Below, piece by piece: positions 27,592 to 32,000 of a stretch of 32,000 nucleotides of DNA. This DNA is from Neisseria lisongii. Its GTDB lineage: Bacteria; Pseudomonadota; Gammaproteobacteria; Burkholderiales; Neisseriaceae. Positions within the stretch are counted from its first letter, which is position 1. Each line of letters starts with the position of its first letter. The stretch is from positions 293,286 through 325,285 of the forward strand of contig NZ_CP116766.1 in assembly GCF_028463985.1 (NCBI RefSeq), in the 5' to 3' direction. The notes beneath the pieces were generated by a model that worked only from the letters and a program-made list of their open reading frames with translations, made no database searches and had not been told where the DNA came from. A program made the translations under genes and the position numbers.

Positions 27592-29955
27592 ATGCAATTT
27601 TCTTATTCGTGGCTGAAAACGCAAGCCGATCCGAAGTTGTCTGCTGATGAGTTGGCGCATTTGCTGACCATGGCAGGCTTGGAAGTGGAAGAAACCGAAA
27701 CGGCTGCGCCGGCGTTTAGCGGCGTGGTGGTGGCAGAAGTGAAATCGGTGGAAAAACACCCCGATGCCGACCGTTTGAATGTAACCCAAGTTGATGTGGG
27801 GCAGGGCGAATTGGTGCAGATTGTCTGCGGTGCGCCGAATGTGAAGCCGGGGATTAAAGTGCCGTGTTCGCTTCCGGGTGCGGTGTTGCCGGGCAACTTC
27901 AAAATCAAGCCGACCAAAATGCGGGGCGTGGTGTCCAACGGTATGCTGTGTTCTACCGATGAATTGGGCTTGCCTGATGATGGTGTCGATGGCTTGCACA
28001 TTTTGCCTGACGATGCGCCGATCGGTGCGGATATTCGGGAATATCTGGATTTGGACGACACGCTGTTTACCCTGAAAATCACGCCGAACCGCACCGACTG
28101 TTTGAGCGTGAAAGGCATTGCCCGCGAAGTATCGGCGCTGACGCAGTGTGCGGTGGCGTTTCCTGAAATTCAGACGGCCTCGGTGTCAAGCGGCAGAAAA
28201 CAGCCGGTGCGTATTGATGCGCCGCAAGACTGCGGCCGCTTTATCAGCCGAGTGATTGAAAATGTGAACGCCAAAGCCGCTACCCCGGCGTGGCTGAAAC
28301 AGCGTTTGGAGCGCAGCGGTATCCGCAGCATTTCGGCGTTGGTGGATATCGGCAATTATGTGATGTTGGAACTGGGCCAGCCGATGCACGTTTTCGATGC
28401 GGATAAAATCCACGGCAGTCTGATTGTGCGTCGTGCCGCTGAGGGCGAAACGCTGGCGTGTCTGAATGAAAAAACGGTTACTTTGTCCGCTAACACTTTG
28501 GTGGTGGCAGACGAGCAGGGCGCATTGAGCATGGCCGGCCTGATGGGCGGCGAGGCGAGTGCGGTTTCTGACGACACGGTTAATATCGTATTGGAAAGTG
28601 CGTATTTTGCGCCGGAAATAATTGCCGGAAAATCCCGCCAATACGGTTTCGGCTCGGATTCTTCATTCCGCTTCGAGCGGGGCGTGGATTGGGCGTTGCA
28701 GGCAGATGCCATTGAGCGGGCAACGGAATTGGTGTTGCAAATCTGTGGCGGTGCGGCAGGCGAAAGCGTGGAAGCTGTGGGCGAGTTGCCGACTGCTAAT
28801 CAGGTTGAACTGCGGTTAAGCCGTTTGGAAAAAATGCTCGGCGTGGCCGTTGCGCCGCAGCAGGTGGAAACCATTTTGCAGCATTTGGGTTTGAATCCGG
28901 TGGCAACGGAAGCCGGTTTTACCGTTACCCAGCCGAGCTTCCGCTTCGATATTGAAATCGAAGCCGATTTGGTGGAAGAAATCGGCCGGGTGTACGGCTA
29001 TGAAAATATCCCTGACGATTACACATCAGGCCGTCTGAAAATGCTGGCTTTGCCAGAAACCCGCCGCAGCCGCTTTGCGGTGTATAACGAAATGGCCGCC
29101 AGAGGTTATCAGGAAGCGGTGAGCTATGCTTTTGTCGATGAAGCATGGGAGCGTGATTTTGCCGCCAACGATAATCCGATTCGTCTGCAAAATCCGCTGG
29201 CGGCACAATATGCCGTGATGCGTTCGACCTTAATCGGCGGTTTGGTGGAAATTCTGCAAAACAATTTAAACCGCAAGCAAAACAGAGTGCGTGTATTTGA
29301 AATCGCCCGAGTGTTCAGCAAAGACGAGCAGGGCAGTTTCGTGCAGAACGAACGCATCGGCGGCCTGTGGTACGGTTCGGTCGAGCCGGAACAATGGGGC
29401 AGCAAAACCCGTGCCGCCGATTTTTACGACATCAAAACCGATGTTGAAAATCTGTTGAAAAACAAACAAGTGGCATTTGTTAAAGCCGAACATCCGGCAT
29501 TGCACCCCGGCCGCACCGCCAATATCGTTTCAGACGGCAAAGTAATCGGTTTTGTCGGCGAACTGCACCCGAAATGGCTGCAAAAATACGATTTGCCGCA
29601 AGCACCGCTGGTGTTTGAAATCGATATGGATGCTGTGTTAGAGCGGGAAAAAACCCGTTACCGTCCGGTATCCAAATTCCAAGCCGTGCGCCGTGATTTG
29701 GCATTTGTTATGCCCGAGAGTATGAGCCACGATGATTTGCTGGCGGCCTTAAACGGCGCAGCCAACAAGCTGGTTCAGGAAATTACCGTGTTTGACGTGT
29801 ACCGTGGCGCAGGCGTGGCAGAAGGCATGAAGAGCGTGGCAGTGAAAGTGATTCTGCAGGACATGGAAACCACGCTGACCGACGAAACTGTCGAGCCGCT
29901 GGTGGCCAAACTGATTGCCGCCGCCCAAAGCACCGGTGCGCAACTGCGAGGCTAG
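27592..29955 (+). CDS. pheT: Phenylalanine--tRNA ligase beta subunit
   Basis: 787 aa. MQFSYSWLK..., with a tRNA-binding (EMAP-like) domain, B3/4, B5 and a C-terminal FDX-ACB domain. Confidence 0.94.
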   Translation: MQFSYSWLKTQADPKLSADELAHLLTMAGLEVEETETAAPAFSGVVVAEVKSVEKHPDADRLNVTQVDVGQGELVQIVCGAPNVKPGIKVPCSLPGAVLPGNFKIKPTKMRGVVSNGMLCSTDELGLPDDGVDGLHILPDDAPIGADIREYLDLDDTLFTLKITPNRTDCLSVKGIAREVSALTQCAVAFPEIQTASVSSGRKQPVRIDAPQDCGRFISRVIENVNAKAATPAWLKQRLERSGIRSISALVDIGNYVMLELGQPMHVFDADKIHGSLIVRRAAEGETLACLNEKTVTLSANTLVVADEQGALSMAGLMGGEASAVSDDTVNIVLESAYFAPEIIAGKSRQYGFGSDSSFRFERGVDWALQADAIERATELVLQICGGAAGESVEAVGELPTANQVELRLSRLEKMLGVAVAPQQVETILQHLGLNPVATEAGFTVTQPSFRFDIEIEADLVEEIGRVYGYENIPDDYTSGRLKMLALPETRRSRFAVYNEMAARGYQEAVSYAFVDEAWERDFAANDNPIRLQNPLAAQYAVMRSTLIGGLVEILQNNLNRKQNRVRVFEIARVFSKDEQGSFVQNERIGGLWYGSVEPEQWGSKTRAADFYDIKTDVENLLKNKQVAFVKAEHPALHPGRTANIVSDGKVIGFVGELHPKWLQKYDLPQAPLVFEIDMDAVLEREKTRYRPVSKFQAVRRDLAFVMPESMSHDDLLAALNGAANKLVQEITVFDVYRGAGVAEGMKSVAVKVILQDMETTLTDETVEPLVAKLIAAAQSTGAQLRG

Positions 29956-29963
29956 GCATATTT

Positions 29964-29996
29964 AAAAAAATCGGCGGGCCAGCCGCCGATTTTTCT
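29964..29996 (+). terminator. Rho-independent terminator after pheT
   Basis: AAAAAAATCGGCGG-GCCAG-CCGCCGATTTTTCTATTTT. Confidence 0.85.
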
Positions 29997-30006
29997 ATTT
30001 TGATAC

Positions 30007-30035
30007 TTGATTTCTAAGAAAAAATTAGTGATAAT
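30007..30035 (+). promoter_or_regulatory. Candidate ihfA promoter (TTGATT-N17-GATAAT)
   Basis: The hexamers have a 17 bp A-rich spacer and lie about 30 nt upstream of the ihfA ATG. Confidence 0.45.
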
Positions 30036-30065
30036 CTGCACCTAATTAAAAACGAAGGTAATAAT

Positions 30066-30368
30066 ATGACACTGACTAAAGCTGAGTTGGCCGATATTTT
30101 GGTGGACAAAGTAAGCAATGTAACCAAAAACGATGCCAAAGAAATTGTCGAACTCTTTTTTGAAGAAATCCGTGCAACCTTGGCGCGCGGCGAAGAAATC
30201 AAAATTTCCGGCTTCGGCAATTTCCAATTACGCGACAAACCGCAACGCCCCGGCCGCAACCCGAAAACCGGCGAAGAAGTGCCGATTTCCGCCCGCCGTG
30301 TCGTTACCTTCCATGCCAGCCAAAAACTCAAAGGCATGGTGGAGCATTATTATGACAAACAACGCTAA
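30066..30368 (+). CDS. ihfA: Integration host factor alpha subunit
   Basis: 100 aa. MTLTKAELA......[38 protein letters not shown]. Confidence 0.95.
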   Translation: MTLTKAELADILVDKVSNVTKNDAKEIVELFFEEIRATLARGEEIKISGFGNFQLRDKPQRPGRNPKTGEEVPISARRVVTFHASQKLKGMVEHYYDKQR

Positions 30369-30669
30369 TCTTTCGATTCCGGCAAAACGTTATTTCACCT
30401 TGGGCGAAATGTGCGAACTGCTGCAAATCAGTCCCACGCAGTTTGCCCGCTGGCAGCAGGAACACGGTGTTGCCGTCGGTTACGGCGGCGAGCGTTATAC
30501 CCGTTTGGACGTGGTCAAACTGCTGCAACTGAAAGACACATTTGCACCGTTTGTCGATCCGTTCAACCAAGCCGCTTTGGACGAACAGGGCGAACCGGCA
30601 GCCGATGCACAAGAAGTCAAAGCCAAACTGCAGGCGGTTTTAGACGACTTGCAGCAAACCTTGGCCTGA
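30352..30669 (+). CDS. Small MerR-like helix-turn-helix DNA-binding protein with an acidic C-terminal tail
   Basis: Start taken at the ATG at 30352, with GGAG 7 nt upstream. It overlaps the ihfA 3' end by 17 nt in another frame. The sequence [26 protein letters not shown] is HTH-like. 105 aa. Confidence 0.65.
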   Translation: MTNNANLSIPAKRYFTLGEMCELLQISPTQFARWQQEHGVAVGYGGERYTRLDVVKLLQLKDTFAPFVDPFNQAALDEQGEPAADAQEVKAKLQAVLDDLQQTLA

Positions 30670-30688
30670 TTGATCACAGCGTAACCAC

Positions 30689-30721
30689 AAACCGATTGCC
30701 AGAAGCAATCGGTTTTGTTTT
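30689..30721 (+). terminator. Rho-independent terminator after the MerR-like gene
   Basis: AAACCGATTGC-CAGAA-GCAATCGGTTTTGTTTT. Confidence 0.85.
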
Positions 30722-30801
30722 GCCGCCATCAAAGGCCGTCTAAAAACGGGAGTTGAGCGGTAGGTTGAATTTAAAGTTCGCTAAAAATTCAGTTACTTCA
30801 C

Positions 30802-30965
30802 TATCGTGAATCCACTTTAAAAGTATTACTGCGTTGGCTCGTCCGGCTCAAAGAGAACGGTTTTTGTAACCGGATTAAACAACAATCTGGACAAAACCTG
30901 TCCCGTACTATCTGTACTATCTCCGACTCGCCGCCTTGTCCTACTTTTAAAGTAAATTCACTATA
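30802..30965. mobile_element. Correia-family element, long (~164 bp) form
   Basis: Termini are TATCGTGAATCCACTTTAAAAGTA ... TACTTTTAAAGTAAATTCACTATA. The internal GCTCAAAGAGAACG and CCGTACTATCTGTACTATCTCCGACTCGCCGCCTTGTCCT match the Correia consensus as I remember it. Confidence 0.75.
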
Positions 30966-31010
30966 TATGTTAAAATCAGAGCCGTTTTCAGACGGCCTAA
31001 AGAGGGGATT

Positions 31011-32000
31011 ATGCCGGATTTTTCAAGAAAATTAACCGAAACCGTGCGGATATTGGAGGAAAGCGGCCATGTGTTTCCGGCCGATCCCGAAGCGGTTACG
31101 CAGGCGTTGCACCATGTGGCAGATGATGCGGGGCAGAAGCTGATCCGCCGTGCGCAGATGATTGATCGGGACGGTGCGGTAGCGGCGGCATTGCTGCGGG
31201 CGCAGGCGGTGTCGTTTTGGCTGAAAGCGGCAGCGGCGTTGTTGCTGTTTTGCAGTGGTTTTTCGGCAACTTATCTGCTGATGGACAGCGCCGGTCTGAA
31301 TTTCTTTTTGCTGTTGGGCGGCATTTTGGGGACGAATACGCTGATGTTGCTGCTGTGGTTGGTGTTTGCCGTATGCCGCATCAAAATGCCGGCCTTACCG
31401 TTGTTGCCGACGTGGGGGCAGGGCAGCAGTGCGGTCGAGCAGGCGTTGATCCGTCTGTATGGCGACGAAATGCGGCAGCCCTCGCTGCGCTGGCGGCTGG
31501 GTGCGTTGTCGCACGCTTTGTGGCTGTCGGCGCTGACGGGGATGCTGTCGGCGGTATTGCTGCTGCTGTTGGTACGCCAATATACGTTTAACTGGGAAAG
31601 TACGCTGCTGACCGATACGCTGTCGGTACGGTTGGTGGCGGCGTTGTCGTGGTTGCCGCAGCATTTAGGATTGCCTGTTCCCGATGCGCAAACCGTGTTG
31701 GGCAGCCGTTCAGCAGGCCATGCGGCGAATGCACGGGCGTGGGCAGGGCTGCTGCTGGGCAGCATTGCGGCATACGGTATCTTGCCACGGGCAGCGGCAT
31801 GGGCAGTGTGCCGTTTGCTGGCGAAGCTCTCGCCCGCCCGCTTGCCTTTGGAACAAAGTTATTACCGCCATATTCTGCAACAATGGCAGCGACAAGTGGT
31901 GGACAGCGATGATTATCAGGAACATTTGCCGAGCGCAGCGCCGCAGATTCAAATCAGTCAGGCGGAAAAATGGGCGGTGATGTTGGAAACCGCATGGGAC
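31011..32000 (+). CDS. Integral membrane protein, 5' partial (runs off the window); resembles the DUF2868 family
   Basis: The frame is open from the ATG at 31011 to the window end (330 codons, translated by hand), so it is not in the ORF track. RBS AGAGGGG at 31001-31007. There are about four hydrophobic segments. The DUF2868 assignment is from memory only. Confidence 0.7.
   Translation, partial: MPDFSRKLTETVRILEESGHVFPADPEAVTQALHHVADDAGQKLIRRAQMIDRDGAVAAALLRAQAVSFWLKAAAALLLFCSGFSATYLLMDSAGLNFFLLLGGILGTNTLMLLLWLVFAVCRIKMPALPLLPTWGQGSSAVEQALIRLYGDEMRQPSLRWRLGALSHALWLSALTGMLSAVLLLLLVRQYTFNWESTLLTDTLSVRLVAALSWLPQHLGLPVPDAQTVLGSRSAGHAANARAWAGLLLGSIAAYGILPRAAAWAVCRLLAKLSPARLPLEQSYYRHILQQWQRQVVDSDDYQEHLPSAAPQIQISQAEKWAVMLETAWD

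Noticed and set aside
31217-31980. Several 60-160 aa ORFs on both strands at 31217-31980.
   Set aside because: All overlap the longer open-ended frame starting at 31011, which has an RBS and a membrane-protein-like sequence. These are out-of-frame or antisense shadows.

Overview
All calls below come from reading the sequence and the ORF track by eye. No database search was run, so family names rest on remembered sequence and motif similarity. The window is a chromosomal segment of a Neisseria-type genome. I counted about 43 exact copies of the 10-mer DNA uptake sequence GCCGTCTGAA, mostly in the AG-GCCGTCTGAA form, which suggests a commensal Neisseria rather than N. meningitidis or N. gonorrhoeae. 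Gene content is mostly core housekeeping. In order: mtrR and the divergent mtrCDE RND efflux operon; dacB (PBP4-like); an EmrE-type SMR pump; putP, an ornithine-cyclodeaminase-family gene and putA; a 1.1 kb low-GC islet carrying an XRE regulator and an orphan lipoprotein; hemH; dctA; tgt; and the E. coli-like cluster thrS-infC-rpmI-rplT-pheS-pheT-ihfA, followed by a small MerR-like gene and a 5' partial membrane-protein gene (DUF2868-like). I found no rRNA, tRNA or CRISPR. The non-core signals are these. (1) A HEPN (Rx4HxY) plus minimal-nucleotidyltransferase toxin-antitoxin-like pair is inserted between pheS and pheT. (2) The low-GC XRE/lipoprotein islet has stacked palindromic operators. (3) A 307-324 bp nested-palindromic, MITE-like repeat with Correia-like ends and an internal split DUS pair is present as two full copies and one fragment. 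(4) Several Correia-family derivatives are present, including two ~70 bp mini versions. (5) DUS inverted pairs serve as intergenic terminators throughout. None of these is demonstrably a new system from sequence alone. The islet and the repeat family are the least explained.
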